Part shown: positions 36,566 to 46,500 of the stretch, one piece after another
Position numbering within the stretch: position 1 is the first letter of the stretch
Layout of the letters: every line of letters starts with the position of its first letter
Origin: an uncultured Clostridia bacterium
GTDB taxonomy: Bacteria > Bacillota > Clostridia > Christensenellales > UBA1242
Direction of reading: 5' to 3'
Length of the DNA stretch: 64,000 bases
Assembly (NCBI GenBank): GCA_944372585.1
Contig: CALVZQ010000002.1
Location: 31,425-95,424, forward strand
The notes under the pieces: model-generated
What the model was told of the DNA's origin: nothing
Seen by the model: the letters and a program-made list of their open reading frames with translations, nothing else
Database searches by the model: none
Program-made: the position numbers and the translations under genes

Positions 36566-36589
36566 ATTTTTTCTCCTTTCTTATAACAA

Positions 36590-36615
36590 TTAAACTCACG
36601 AAAAAGTGAGTTTAA
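36590..36615 (-). terminator. 10-bp hairpin immediately downstream of the lipoprotein gene and 25 nt upstream of gltX ATG
   Basis: TTAAACTCAC (36590-36599) / GTGAGTTTAA (36606-36615), 6-nt loop. On the minus strand it is followed by UUGUUAU, a weak U-tract. Confidence 0.45.
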
Positions 36616-36625
36616 TCTGAATTTA

Positions 36626-37708
36626 TCAGTATATTATGCCAACAACCTCGTCCATAAAATCGGATAATGTTGTTTCTATAAATTGTTCCATTTTTTCAAG
36701 ATATGTTTCCGCCAAAGGATTTATTTTCCTATAGTCTTCCATGTTATTATCATAATCAACTGCCAAAGAACTGATATTAAGTCCTTTCAAAGCTTGCAAA
36801 TATGAATCAGTTTCACTTAAAAAGTTTTCTATATAATCAAACAAAGTATTCATTTCTTCAGAACTTAATGTTTTGACATTTTCGTAATCCCCGACAAATC
36901 TGGATTTATAAATAGAAAATTTTCCTTCCAAAGCAACCAACAAATTGTCAATTCTTGTTTTTGTTTCTGTTTTTTCTTGAGCGTCCCAATTTAGATTGTT
37001 TTCAAGTTCTGTTATTTTGAATTCACTGAAAATAGGCAACATTTTGGCTCTTATATATTCCTTGACAATTCTAGTGTCATTTTGAGTTGGCGTAGTTTTT
37101 TTCAACAACTCAAATATCTCAGTTGTTTCAATTGTGTTTGCCATATCCATTGAAAGCTCAATGTTTTTGCTTACAAGTTCTCCATATGTTTTCTTGAATC
37201 TGCGCAAATAAGAATTGCTAGATTCTTCGGATAATTGACCCTGAAATTCTTCAAAATAGTCAACAAAATTTTTTCTTGCTCTGACAAAGTTTGAAATGGT
37301 GTCGGTGTACTCCAACAAACTTTCATTCAGTTGTTTGAGCATTTCTTTTGACTCGCTTGATAAATTATTTTGATCCAAATTCTTGATGTATTCTTTGTTG
37401 TTGTCAATGTAGTCACTTGAAATCACCAAGGCAGAATTATAAATTTCCAACAATTCAATATATCCTGGCATATTTTCTGTCACATAACCGTCAACAATTG
37501 AACCATATTTGATCAAATAATCTGTATCCATTCCGTCAACAGTTCCTTGTGTGAAAACCTGATTATATTCTTGATATGTCGCATCTAACTTGTCAAAATT
37601 TTCTTGCAATGTTGAAACCGTAACTTCTCCGCAACCCACAAGTCCAAAAATTGCAAACACTGAACAAAAACACAATGTCAAACCTGCAATAAGATTTCTC
37701 AATTTCAT
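36626..37708 (-). CDS. predicted lipoprotein, helical, unknown function (360 aa)
   Basis: Start trimmed to ATG 37708 (AGGAGGAG 4 nt upstream). MKLRNLIAGLTLCFCSVFAIFGLVGCGE carries the lipobox LVGC. No family recognised. Confidence 0.75.
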   Translation of the reverse strand: MKLRNLIAGLTLCFCSVFAIFGLVGCGEVTVSTLQENFDKLDATYQEYNQVFTQGTVDGMDTDYLIKYGSIVDGYVTENMPGYIELLEIYNSALVISSDYIDNNKEYIKNLDQNNLSSESKEMLKQLNESLLEYTDTISNFVRARKNFVDYFEEFQGQLSEESSNSYLRRFKKTYGELVSKNIELSMDMANTIETTEIFELLKKTTPTQNDTRIVKEYIRAKMLPIFSEFKITELENNLNWDAQEKTETKTRIDNLLVALEGKFSIYKSRFVGDYENVKTLSSEEMNTLFDYIENFLSETDSYLQALKGLNISSLAVDYDNNMEDYRKINPLAETYLEKMEQFIETTLSDFMDEVVGIIY

Positions 37709-37716
37709 ATCTCCTC

Positions 37717-38529
37717 CTAGCCAATATTCCCTTGAAGGAACAAATTGTATACAGCCTCCCAACCGCTGCTTTTTTCAAGAATCATCTTGACATTTGCCTG
37801 TTGCGTTGCATTGTAATTAAAGTTCAATATGATACTTTCCTTGCTTTTTTCAAGATAAAGATTGACAAAATCATACAATTTTTGTCCACAACTTGAGTCT
37901 TGCGTCAAATTTTCTTCTATGTCATTTGAAAATTCTTCAGCGGTTTGAAAGATGAGTGTCGTAAGATCATTATTCATCAATGGTGATGTGACTGAAGCAG
38001 TATAAACTTCTGCAATTCGATTGAAGGCATCAGAGGTGTATGAAAACAAGTCACTCACATATCCTCTACAATTTGCCCAGGTGTTTGCCTGCCAATAGTC
38101 ACTTCCACCTGTTAAATCTTTGTTTTCAACAATATATGTTGTCAGCTGTTCTGCAACTTCTTGACCTCTTTTCAAATCTGATTCAATTCTATTACGTTGA
38201 TTTTTGTATGTTTCGGTGTATTCCGAAAAAACAATTTGTCTGTCAATAAAGTCTCCATAAACAACATATGCTCTGTAAGAATCTTGATAGTTTTTTATCT
38301 CTGCTTTTTCTGTCGTTGAAGAAACTTTTGAATATATTGTTTGCAAATATTCATTTATTGTTGCATATTCTTCACTGTTTTCTGACAAATACCCCTCAGA
38401 AACTGTTTCGTTGATGTTTCGTGCCAGTTTTTGTGTGTCTCTCTCTTTGAACAAATTGATAAACACAATTGCCAAAACAACGGCAACAATCACCAAAATC
38501 AATACAATTATAAGACCTTTTTTCTTCAT
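37717..38529 (-). CDS. N-terminally membrane-anchored extracytoplasmic protein, unknown function (270 aa)
   Basis: MKKKGLIIVLILVIVAVVLAIVFINLF signal-anchor. GAGGA RBS 11 nt after the dnaB stop. No family recognised. Confidence 0.75.
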   Translation of the reverse strand: MKKKGLIIVLILVIVAVVLAIVFINLFKERDTQKLARNINETVSEGYLSENSEEYATINEYLQTIYSKVSSTTEKAEIKNYQDSYRAYVVYGDFIDRQIVFSEYTETYKNQRNRIESDLKRGQEVAEQLTTYIVENKDLTGGSDYWQANTWANCRGYVSDLFSYTSDAFNRIAEVYTASVTSPLMNNDLTTLIFQTAEEFSNDIEENLTQDSSCGQKLYDFVNLYLEKSKESIILNFNYNATQQANVKMILEKSSGWEAVYNLFLQGNIG

Positions 38530-38540
38530 ATCTATGTCCT

Positions 38541-39902
38541 CTATTCTTCCACCTGAATTTTTTCATCATGATTGAGATATGTTGTATATTCTCCAACCCA
38601 TTTAAGTTTGACCTCACCAGGACTTCCGCTTCTATGTTTTGCAATCAAAAGGTAGACCGTGCCTGGTTCATCTTCTGTGACAACATCGTTATATTTTTCT
38701 GGATTATACAAAAACAACACAATGTCAGCATCTTGTTCAATAGAACCTGACTCTCGCAAATCGGAAAGAACAGGTTTGTGTCCTTCAAACCCTGGACGAA
38801 GTTCGACCGCACGAGAAAGTTGTGAAAGAACTATGATTGGAACATTCAATTCCTTTGCCGCAATTTTTAGCGTTCTTGTCAAATCGCTGACTTCTTGCGT
38901 TCTTGACTCTCTGTTTGATTTCCCCATGGTCATCAATTGCAAATAGTCAATAACAACCAAGTCCAAACCTTCCGTCATTTTCAATTTTCTACATTTTGAA
39001 ATGATTTCAAATGGGGTTATCATTGATGAATCATCGGCAAAGATGCCACTTTGGGCAAGTTTTTTCTCTGCTGTCCAAATTCTTTTCCACTCTTCCGAAT
39101 CCATATTTCCTCTAAGAACATGAGAAAGATTGACCCTTGCAAGTGATGACAGTGCTCTTTGCATAAGTTGTTCTTTTGACATTTCAAGAGAAAAAATTGC
39201 CACTTTTTTGCCTTCATTGACAGCTGCATCAACAGCAATATTCATTGCAAAAGAAGTTTTTCCAACTCCAGGGCGTGCAGCAAGCAAAATTAAATCACTT
39301 TTTTGAAGTCCGTTTGTTATTGCATCAAAATCTTTATATCCTGTTGGAATACCTCTCATCTTTCCCTTGTTTTCTGCAAGTTCTGACATCTGTTTCAAAA
39401 CTGTGGTCAACGTTCCTCCTGGTTTTCCAACAAGCTCAAGGTCAGACGAGGTTTCTTTTTGAGACAAGTCAAAAATTCTTTTTTCCGCCTCACTCATTGC
39501 CTTGTCTCCATCTTCACTGTCAAAAGCAGATTTGATGATTTCTTGAGCTTCTGAAATCAAATGACGTCTCACAGAACAGTTTTTGATGATGTTGAGATAG
39601 TGTTGAAAATTTGCAGCAGACGGAACGACATTAGTAAGGTATGTGATGTAATCAATTCCACCAATGGTTTCCAATCTTTTTTCGACCTCCAGTTGATTTG
39701 TGAGTGTGACAAAGTCAACTGGTATGCTCTTGTTGTAGACCTTCATCATGCTGTCAAAAATGTTTCGGTGCGACTCAGAATAGAAATCTTCAACGTTCAA
39801 TTTGGAAAAAATGTCCGCCTGAGCCTCACTATCCAACAAAATACAACCAAGCAATGCTTGTTCCGCTTCCAAACTGTTGGGTAAAATTTTGTAATCAGCC
39901 AT
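38541..39902 (-). CDS. dnaB: replicative DNA helicase DnaB (DnaC in Bacillus nomenclature)
   Basis: PNSLEAEQALLGCILLD N-terminus, Walker A ARPGVGKTSF, VVIDYLQLM, SQLSRAVE motifs. Confidence 0.95.
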   Translation of the reverse strand: MADYKILPNSLEAEQALLGCILLDSEAQADIFSKLNVEDFYSESHRNIFDSMMKVYNKSIPVDFVTLTNQLEVEKRLETIGGIDYITYLTNVVPSAANFQHYLNIIKNCSVRRHLISEAQEIIKSAFDSEDGDKAMSEAEKRIFDLSQKETSSDLELVGKPGGTLTTVLKQMSELAENKGKMRGIPTGYKDFDAITNGLQKSDLILLAARPGVGKTSFAMNIAVDAAVNEGKKVAIFSLEMSKEQLMQRALSSLARVNLSHVLRGNMDSEEWKRIWTAEKKLAQSGIFADDSSMITPFEIISKCRKLKMTEGLDLVVIDYLQLMTMGKSNRESRTQEVSDLTRTLKIAAKELNVPIIVLSQLSRAVELRPGFEGHKPVLSDLRESGSIEQDADIVLFLYNPEKYNDVVTEDEPGTVYLLIAKHRSGSPGEVKLKWVGEYTTYLNHDEKIQVEE

Positions 39903-39914
39903 AAAATCCCTCCA

Positions 39915-40166
39915 TCAATCAGAAAATGGGTCTTTTTTTCTGCTTATGCGTTCTTCTTTTTTCTTATCAAGTTTTGTGCAAAGCCAAGCATAAAAAAAAT
40001 ACAAAATAAAAAGAAGAAGAACCAGCACCAAAATATTCAACCATTGAGGCACTTTTCCCCAAAGCATGAGAATACAAACTATCAAAATTGGCAAAAAGAC
40101 TATGAGCATAAAAAGTCCCAATCTTTTCAATTTTCGCTTAAGTTCTTGTTTTTCTGTGCTTCTCAT
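39915..40166 (-). CDS. small two-TM membrane protein (83 aa), first gene of the dnaB operon
   Basis: Two hydrophobic helices flanked by K/R-rich segments. Its stop lies 12 nt before the dnaB ATG, which has a GGAGGG RBS. Confidence 0.6.
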   Translation of the reverse strand: MRSTEKQELKRKLKRLGLFMLIVFLPILIVCILMLWGKVPQWLNILVLVLLLFILYFFYAWLCTKLDKKKEERISRKKDPFSD

Positions 40167-40186
40167 TTTTCCCTTTTAATGTTTTA

Positions 40187-40215
40187 AGTATATCAAGATT
40201 GCAATCTTTTGTCAA
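40187..40215 (-). promoter_or_regulatory. consensus sigma-A promoter TTGACA-17 nt-TATACT whose spacer holds a perfect 14-bp palindrome
   Basis: Revcomp of 40210-40215 is TTGACA and revcomp of 40187-40192 is TATACT. The palindrome AAGATTGCAATCTT occupies 40195-40208. Confidence 0.65.
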
Positions 40216-40242
40216 TTTATAAAGTTAAACTACAAAAGAATT

Positions 40243-40272
40243 AAAATAAAAAAAGAGACTTGTCGTCTCTTT
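40243..40272 (-). terminator. intrinsic terminator of typA
   Basis: Stem AAAGAGAC (40252-40259) / GTCTCTTT (40265-40272), 5-nt loop. On the minus strand it is followed by UUUUUUUAUUUU. Confidence 0.75.
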
Positions 40273-42104
40273 TAAATTTCTCCTCTCAACATTTTCCCTC
40301 TCTCTCGAAGCCTCAAGTTGTGATCAAGAATGATTTTTCGGATTCTGATTGACTTTGGTGTGACTTCCAAATATTCATCGTCACCCAAAAATTCAATGCA
40401 ATCTTCCAAACTCATTATTCTTGGTGGTGTAAGTCTCAACGCATCGTCAGATCCTGAAGCACGACAGTTTGAAAGATGTTTGGTTTTGCAGACATTGACA
40501 ACAATATCTCCACCTTTTGGGTTTGAACCAACAACCATTCCGGCATATACTGGAACTCCAGGACCGATGAACAGTTCTCCTCTTTCTTGTGCATTGTAAA
40601 GACCATAAACAATAGATTTTCCTTCTTCGTGTGCAATCAAAGAGCCGTAGTCTCTGCGATTGATTTCTCCCTTGTATGGTTCATAATCATAGAAAATTGA
40701 ATTGATAATTCCCTCTCCTCGTGTGTCGGTCAAAAATTCAGACTTAAATCCAAAAAGTCCCCTTGAAGGAATCAAAAATTCCATTTTCATACGACTTCCA
40801 TGTGGAGTCATATTTTGAAGATCACCTTTTCTTATCCCCATTTTGTTCATCACAGTTCCGACACAATCTTCTGGAACGTCAAGATATAGCCTGTCAACTG
40901 GCTCACATTTGACTCCATCAATTTCTTTGATCAAAACCTTTGGCTGACTAACCTGAAATTCATAGCCGTCTCTACGCATATTTTCAATCAAAATTGAAAG
41001 ATGCATTTCTCCTCTGCCACGCACCTTAAACTTTTCGGCCGTATCTCCATCTTCAACTCTGAGCGAAAGATCTTTGACCGCTTCCTTATACAGTCTGTCT
41101 CTCAAATGTCTTGATGTCACAAACTTTCCTTCTCTGCCAGCAAAAGGACTGTCGTTGACCATGAAAGTCATTTCAACACTTGGCTCTGCAATCTTGACAA
41201 ACTCAATTGGTTCAATTTCTTTTTCGTCACAAATTGTGTCACCAATTGTCACATCTTCAAGACCAGCAACACAGACAATCTCTCCAAAACTTGCCTTTTC
41301 AACAGGAACTCTTTTCAGTCCTTCATAGACATACAAACTTACTATTTTTGACTTCACCTTTTTTGTCTGGTCATGATAGTTGCAAACAACAACACTTTGC
41401 CCAACTCTGATCTCTCCACGATCAATTTTTCCAACCGCCAATTTTCCAACATAGTCATTGTGTTCTGCAGAAGAAACCAACATTTTCAAAGGTTTGTCAA
41501 TATCTCCTTGTGGGGCAGGAATGTGCTTTATGATTGTTTCAAACAAAGGTTTCATATCCGTTCCCTGCACATCTGGAGAGGTTGAAGCTATTCCCTGTCT
41601 TGCTGAAGCAAATACAAATGGAGAATTCAATTGATCCTCATCTGCATCAAGTTCCAAGAAAAGTTCCAAGACCTCATCAATCACTTCTTTGATTCTTGCA
41701 TCAGGTCTGTCAATTTTGTTGATAACAACGACCACTTTAAGTTTCAGTGCCAATGCCTTCTCAAGAACAAATCTTGTTTGAGGCATTGGTCCTTCAAATG
41801 CATCAACAACCAAAAGCACACCATCAACCATTTTCAGAACTCTTTCAACCTCACCACCAAAATCGGCGTGCCCAGGTGTGTCAATGACATTAATTTTTAT
41901 GCCGTTATAAAAGCAAGAGGTGTTTTTTGACAAAATTGTGATACCTCTTTCCTTTTCAAGTGCATTGCTGTCCATTACTCTGTCTTCAACAACTTGGTTT
42001 TCTCTGAACACATGTCCCTGCTTAAGCAATTCGTTGACCAATGAAGTTTTGCCATGATCGACATGGGCAATTATTGCAACATTTCTAATTCCTTCGTTTA
42101 CCAT
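40272..42104 (-). CDS. typA: translational GTPase TypA/BipA (610 aa)
   Basis: [35 protein letters not shown]-motifs. Start trimmed from 42233 to ATG 42104 ([12 protein letters not shown]), preceded by GAAGGAAG. Confidence 0.93.
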   Translation of the reverse strand: MVNEGIRNVAIIAHVDHGKTSLVNELLKQGHVFRENQVVEDRVMDSNALEKERGITILSKNTSCFYNGIKINVIDTPGHADFGGEVERVLKMVDGVLLVVDAFEGPMPQTRFVLEKALALKLKVVVVINKIDRPDARIKEVIDEVLELFLELDADEDQLNSPFVFASARQGIASTSPDVQGTDMKPLFETIIKHIPAPQGDIDKPLKMLVSSAEHNDYVGKLAVGKIDRGEIRVGQSVVVCNYHDQTKKVKSKIVSLYVYEGLKRVPVEKASFGEIVCVAGLEDVTIGDTICDEKEIEPIEFVKIAEPSVEMTFMVNDSPFAGREGKFVTSRHLRDRLYKEAVKDLSLRVEDGDTAEKFKVRGRGEMHLSILIENMRRDGYEFQVSQPKVLIKEIDGVKCEPVDRLYLDVPEDCVGTVMNKMGIRKGDLQNMTPHGSRMKMEFLIPSRGLFGFKSEFLTDTRGEGIINSIFYDYEPYKGEINRRDYGSLIAHEEGKSIVYGLYNAQERGELFIGPGVPVYAGMVVGSNPKGGDIVVNVCKTKHLSNCRASGSDDALRLTPPRIMSLEDCIEFLGDDEYLEVTPKSIRIRKIILDHNLRLRERGKMLRGEI

Positions 42105-42158
42105 TTTCTTCTTCCTTCTCTTTAATTTCTGTAGTTCGTTAGGTTTTATAACTTGTTT

Positions 42159-42187
42159 AGTATAACACTTTTTCTCACAAAACTCAA
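42159..42187 (-). promoter_or_regulatory. candidate typA promoter TTGAGT-17 nt-(TGT)TATACT
   Basis: Revcomp of 42182-42187 is TTGAGT and revcomp of 42159-42164 is TATACT, with a TGn extended -10. It lies inside the rejected N-terminal ORF extension. Confidence 0.5.
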
Positions 42188-42276
42188 TATTTGTAATAAT
42201 TTTTTTAGATGTTTTTGCAAAAATGATTGACATAAAGCAACAACATTATGTTAAAATTAACTCAAAAGAGGTTATT

Positions 42277-42594
42277 ATGAGAAATTATACCGATAAAGAG
42301 TTGGAAAAAATTGCAAATGAAATTTCAACACGAATTTCCAGAGAAGCAACTGAATATTCTGCTGACAGTTCTGGCATGGGATACATTATTGATCCTCAAA
42401 AGGCAGAAAAAATCATTAATGAATGTTTGAAAGGAAAAATCTTGACCAATGAAGATCAAGATGTTTTGTCTTCCTTGCTAAAATCAAAGACCCAAAGAAA
42501 AACAAGTCTGTCCATGACCGGCTCTGCTCTTTGGAAGATTTTGGGAATATTTGGTTTGTTGGTTCTGATTGTTGCCATTGCAACTGCTTTTTGA
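42277..42594 (+). CDS. small tail-anchored membrane protein (105 aa)
   Basis: Start trimmed to ATG 42277 (AGAGG 5 nt upstream). Soluble N-terminal part, then a single C-terminal TM WKILGIFGLLVLIVAIATAF. Confidence 0.55.
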   Translation: MRNYTDKELEKIANEISTRISREATEYSADSSGMGYIIDPQKAEKIINECLKGKILTNEDQDVLSSLLKSKTQRKTSLSMTGSALWKILGIFGLLVLIVAIATAF

Positions 42595-42597
42595 TTG

Positions 42598-43452
42598 TCA
42601 TTTGGATCTTTTTTTCTTTTTAATTCGCGATATTGCAAGACTCGCCCCAACCCCAAATAAAACTAATAATAATGCAAAAGCATACCAAACTGGACGATTG
42701 GCATAAGTCACCCAAAAAATAATTTGATTATCTTGTTCAATTTCTCTCAGAGTTTTGATGAAAACATTGTGATAAAAATAATCATCTTGATACATGAGTT
42801 GCGATTGCAACCCTTTTTCTTGCGTTGCAAAGTCATAGATGTAAACCGTTTCGTCCAAATTTTTCAAAATTTCTTCTTCTCGAGTGTCAGAAATGTTGTC
42901 ATTATTGCACCAAGAAGAAATTGCCATAACGCAAATCATTTTCAAATCGCCTGCAGATTTTGAAGAAGAAACGGGAAAAGTTGTGGATATTTCCAATTTT
43001 TTGATGAAAAATCCGCTTATCTTTTGTTTTGATGACACACTTTCCTGTTCATCATCTTCTACACCAAAAAATCTTTTCTGCGCTTCCAAATTTTCAAAAT
43101 TGATGGAAAAGCCAATTCCGTCAATGTCAGCAAAATATGCACAAGTTCCAACAGTTGTTCCCTCTGTTTCTCTTTCCCTGTTGCTTTGAGCCAAAGCATT
43201 GACATATGTCGCCAGATAAAATCTGTATGTTTTCACCTCTTCTTCATCAAAACCGAGTGTGGACAAATATGCGGAATTTAGTGGAAAAATATATGACAAA
43301 CCTATTTGTCCAAGGCTGTTTGCTTGTCGCATTATTCTGAACGCATTAGTTTCATAGATTGCCGATTTATCAATCTCAGATGAATTTTTGCAACCACAAA
43401 AACTGAGAAGACTTAAGATCAACAAAAAAAGAGTACAAATTGATTTTTTCAC
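42598..43452 (-). CDS. predicted lipoprotein that also has a C-terminal TM helix and basic tail (284 aa)
   Basis: MKKSICTLFLLILSLLSFCGC lipobox. C-terminus VWYAFALLLVLFGVGASLAISRIKKKKRSK. GTG start with a weak RBS, so the start is uncertain. Lies 50 nt downstream of giant gene 2 with no hairpin between. Confidence 0.7.
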   Translation of the reverse strand: MKKSICTLFLLILSLLSFCGCKNSSEIDKSAIYETNAFRIMRQANSLGQIGLSYIFPLNSAYLSTLGFDEEEVKTYRFYLATYVNALAQSNRERETEGTTVGTCAYFADIDGIGFSINFENLEAQKRFFGVEDDEQESVSSKQKISGFFIKKLEISTTFPVSSSKSAGDLKMICVMAISSWCNNDNISDTREEEILKNLDETVYIYDFATQEKGLQSQLMYQDDYFYHNVFIKTLREIEQDNQIIFWVTYANRPVWYAFALLLVLFGVGASLAISRIKKKKRSK

Positions 43453-43502
43453 ATTCTATTTATACTCTTTTTTGTTTTTTATTATTCTTGTTCTTTTTTT
43501 GA

Positions 43503-46500
43503 TTAACTGATGATAGTATCTCCTTGATGCAAATTGCCAGCGCTTATGTTCAATGTTGTTATTGATCCATAGTTGAACACATTGTCGACTTCGCCTTTGC
43601 CATAGTCAGCCACACCGGCAACATAAACAGAAACTTGGTTTTGCGTTTGAGCACATTCGACAGTTATATCAAAATAGTTCGAACAATTTCGAAGTGTCGC
43701 AGAAGAAGAATTTGTGATCACAACTCCTGCAACTTGAATTGTGTTGGTGATTGTGCTTGAAGAATCTATTCTTTGACAAGTGATTTCTATTGAATAATTT
43801 TCATTTGCATCACCGCCAACTTCACAATTTTCAATAGTTGCAAAATTCATGAATGCAATTCCGCTCGCCATGATAACTTGAGATTGGTTTCCGTCATTCA
43901 AAATCATAGATGTTTCAACACTGCTGTTTGAGATATTTGCAACCACACCTTCATTTTTTGAAACCAAACCACTATAGATCATCATAATTCTGATATTCGG
44001 AGCACTGTAACCAACAAAACTGTTGTTGAAGCCTACCAATGTAACATTCTCAATCCTTCCGCTGTTTGTGATTGCAAGTCCAGCCATCAATGAGTGATTT
44101 GGAATGATCACATTGCCAATTCCATATGTGACATCAATGTTCAAATTTCTGACAGATGATTTGTCAGATAATGTTTCAAATAATGCTGTTCCATAATTGA
44201 AAGTTGTTGAGGTTTCTGTGCCAGGTCCAAGAACAAAGCCTTCTGAAACCAAAATTCCTTGACTGAGTCTTGCAACACCACTTGAAATATAGGAAATTGT
44301 GTTTTCGTTGCCTTCAATAATTCCATCAAAATTACCAGAAAAATAAGTGCCTGAAATATAACTTGACTCATCTCCATTTTCGCTTAGAACAATGTTTGTC
44401 TGCAAAGAGAAATAATATTGTTCTTCTTCCACAACCTCAATGCCATTTTCTGTGTAATTGATAAGATTTTCATCTTTAGACATACGTTTTTCCAAATTTC
44501 TGAATTGTTCATTATTGACAATTACGTATGGAGATTCGGCTGTTCCGCTTCCACTTTCAAACAAATCAAAAGAAACAAAATCAGTCAAATCATCATTTGT
44601 GAAAACAAGTTCTTTTGATTGAATGTTTGAATTTCCAAGCTTTATGCTGACCTTCAACCTCACTTGATCTGAAATTATTGTTGGAGTGAAAGTTGCCTCT
44701 GTTGTCACATAAGTTCTTTCAATTTGATTCGGTTCAGAACCATATGTCACTTCAACAATGTAAACGGGCTCAACTATTGCTGAGGTGTCAACAAGATATA
44801 AAGCAACATTCCCTATTTGAATTAGAGTTTTTTCTCCTTCATTTGAAATTATCCTAAACAGAGTGCTCATTCCAAATGTTTCCTCTTCTTCAACAACTCT
44901 CTGAGTCTGATAACTGTCCAAACTTATATAATATGTTTCACCTTGATAGAAAATCTGGGCACTCTCCTCTGTCACCGATTCAACAACAATCTCGTCACCG
45001 CCTCTCAATGTGATGTCAGAGGATTCTTGAAGAGAAGAATCAACATAGAGAATTGTGTTAGCAACCAAAACATCAACTTCTCTGACTTTTTCTGCCACAG
45101 TTGTGCTCTTAAATGAATATTGTCCTGTGTATTGCCAAGAGAATGTTTGAGTTTCTTCATTCCAAACAATCTCACTGTCTTCACCCCAATTTGAACGTTG
45201 AAGAACAAACTCCTCGCTCAAATCGCTGTAAAGGACATTTGTGCTTGAAAAATTCTTGACTTCAAACAAAAGTTGTGCAGTTTGATCTTCGGATATGACT
45301 ATATATTCTGTGACATATTCTTCTGGATATGATGCAATCAAATCAACATCTTCTGCATCTCTGAGAACATACAATCGATATTGCTCTCGTGTGAAAGTTA
45401 TTGTTTTTTCGTCTATGACATCACTTCCACTCAAAACTTTGATTTCTGCAACTATGTTGTTGGAATTTTGATCCAAGAAATAATTCTCAAAATCCAGTGT
45501 CTCAAGGTTTCCATCTGAAGTTATTATGAAATCATCGGAGGTTACTGTGCCAAGTTTCAAGATTTCAACTGTCCTTCCAAACGATTTAATCATCAAATCA
45601 TCGTTGTTGGATCCTTGTGTCACATAAACATGCAACACATGCTGTCCCTCTGGCAAAGCGCCTGGATCTTCTGTGAATTTGATTCTAAACACACTTGTTG
45701 ACGTTTCAGCATCAACACTGAATGTGTCAATTGCAAAAGAACCAGAAACTTCCTTTCCATTGCTGTCTGTCACAACGAATGAATATTGCTCAAAGAATGT
45801 TGTGTCTGTAACACTTGAATTTGTTGTATATGACCAATAGAGAGAACCATCGACAATTTCAAACGATTCTGTGTCAATTGGTTCAAATCGATCAATACTT
45901 CTTAAAATTGCGCCATTACCCATCAAAACATAAGTGTCCGTTCCTTCGTATTGAACATTTCCATATGCATATCCACCTTCAACCAGTGAAACATATTGTC
46001 CTGATGGCAAACGATCTGTGACGACAAGCGCCAAGGCTTGAACTGTGGCTTTGAGATATGTTTTTTCATCTGTCGCAACAATTTGATCTTCATTTATTAT
46101 TGCAAAATCAAATGAATTGTTTGTTGTGTAATAATAATATTCACTGCCAACATTGGTTTCCGTTTCTCCATCTTCATCGGTGTTTGAAATCCTGTATTGA
46201 ACCACAGTAATTTTGTAAACCACGTCAACATTTCCAGTTTCAGGTACAGCAAGAGCAAAATCTCCAGACTTTCCTGTCACTTCATTCCACTTCAAAACAC
46301 TGTTCTCAATTGTCACATTTTGCACCGAGTCAAGCATTGAAGCATTGATATTTGCCACTCCACTTCTCAAAGCGATGCTTTTGCTGGTAGATTCTCCAGT
46401 TGAAACATCTTTGCAATATATGTGATTCAAATAATACAAGCTTAAATCGGCTTCAATATTGAGCCCTGCGGTCGAACCCAGACTTGCAACATGAAATTCT

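Noticed and set aside
43503-43620. LPXTG or other sortase signals, S-layer-homology or choline-binding repeats at the termini of the giant proteins.
   Set aside because: None was found by reading the last roughly 60 residues of either protein. Giant 2 ends ...NISAGNLHQGDTIIS with no hydrophobic segment, and giant 1 ends in a TM helix plus basic tail with no LPXTG.
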